From Octopus vulgaris (lineage: Eukaryota), in the NCBI GenBank assembly GCA_951406725.2, contig OX597831.1:66402001-66466000 (forward strand): a stretch of DNA of 64,000 bases, written 5' to 3'. Below the pieces are notes generated by a model. The model had not been told where the DNA came from. It searched no databases and worked only from the letters and a program-made list of their open reading frames with translations. The stretch's first letter is position 1. Each line of letters starts with the position of its first letter. The translations under genes and the position numbers were made by a program. This document shows, piece after piece, positions 63,540-64,000 of this stretch.

Positions 63540-63760
63540 GATGGAATTGTAGCTGTGACTGATGCCAGTACTGCCTGACTTGCCCCATGCCAGTGGCATA
63601 TAAAAAGCACCTACTACATTCTCAGAGTGGTTGGTGTCAGGAAGGGTATCCAATTGTAGAAACCTTGCCAGATTGGACTGGAGCCTGGCGCAGTCTCCTG
63701 GCTTGCCAGTCCTCAGTCAAACCATCCAACCCACGGAAAGAGGAGGTTAAACAATGATGA
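63540..63760 (+). mobile_element. RTE 3' UTR fragment
   Basis: One module + terminal module. Confidence 0.82.
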
Positions 63761-64000
63761 TATGTACACACATACATACATATCTATACATGCATACATA
63801 TATATATTAATATAAATCTTTAGTTAAATATATTCAATGAGAATATTATATACTGAATTTATAATGAGTGCTCAATTGTATCAAAGTATTAATACTATTA
63901 AAGTATTTATATATTTAATATGAGCGATATATACATATATATTTTTTAATAATATATTATTATTATTAATATAAGGAAACCAATACTAAAACTCCTCATA

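Overview
AT-rich, microsatellite-rich eukaryotic DNA. From recollection of the SINE/RTE families it is probably a coleoid cephalopod such as Octopus; this is inference, not a database match. Much of the window is intronic: four small minus-strand exons (44836-44746, 36822-36711, 31251-31162, 26013-25911) splice in frame into a UBA-like + RRM segment of a probable TTC31-like protein. The rest is a transposon graveyard: a full-length DD34D mariner, two decayed Gypsy elements, Tc1/Helitron/piggyBac-type/Merlin-type non-autonomous elements, tRNA-derived SINEs, at least four Penelope-like (PLE) remnants, and many RTE LINE copies. One RTE has an intact 1055-aa APE-RT ORF with a PHD-type C4HC3 finger inside the RT. 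The most notable unannotated layer is RNA structure. First, about 15 minimal type-I hammerhead ribozyme motifs from roughly eight sequence families occur, several as inverted pairs and two families with non-canonical cores (U3-A8; A6U). Second, the RTE 3' UTR carries a variable-copy tandem array of hairpin + H-type pseudoknot modules with structure-preserving substitutions. All calls were made by eye; no searches or folding programs were run.
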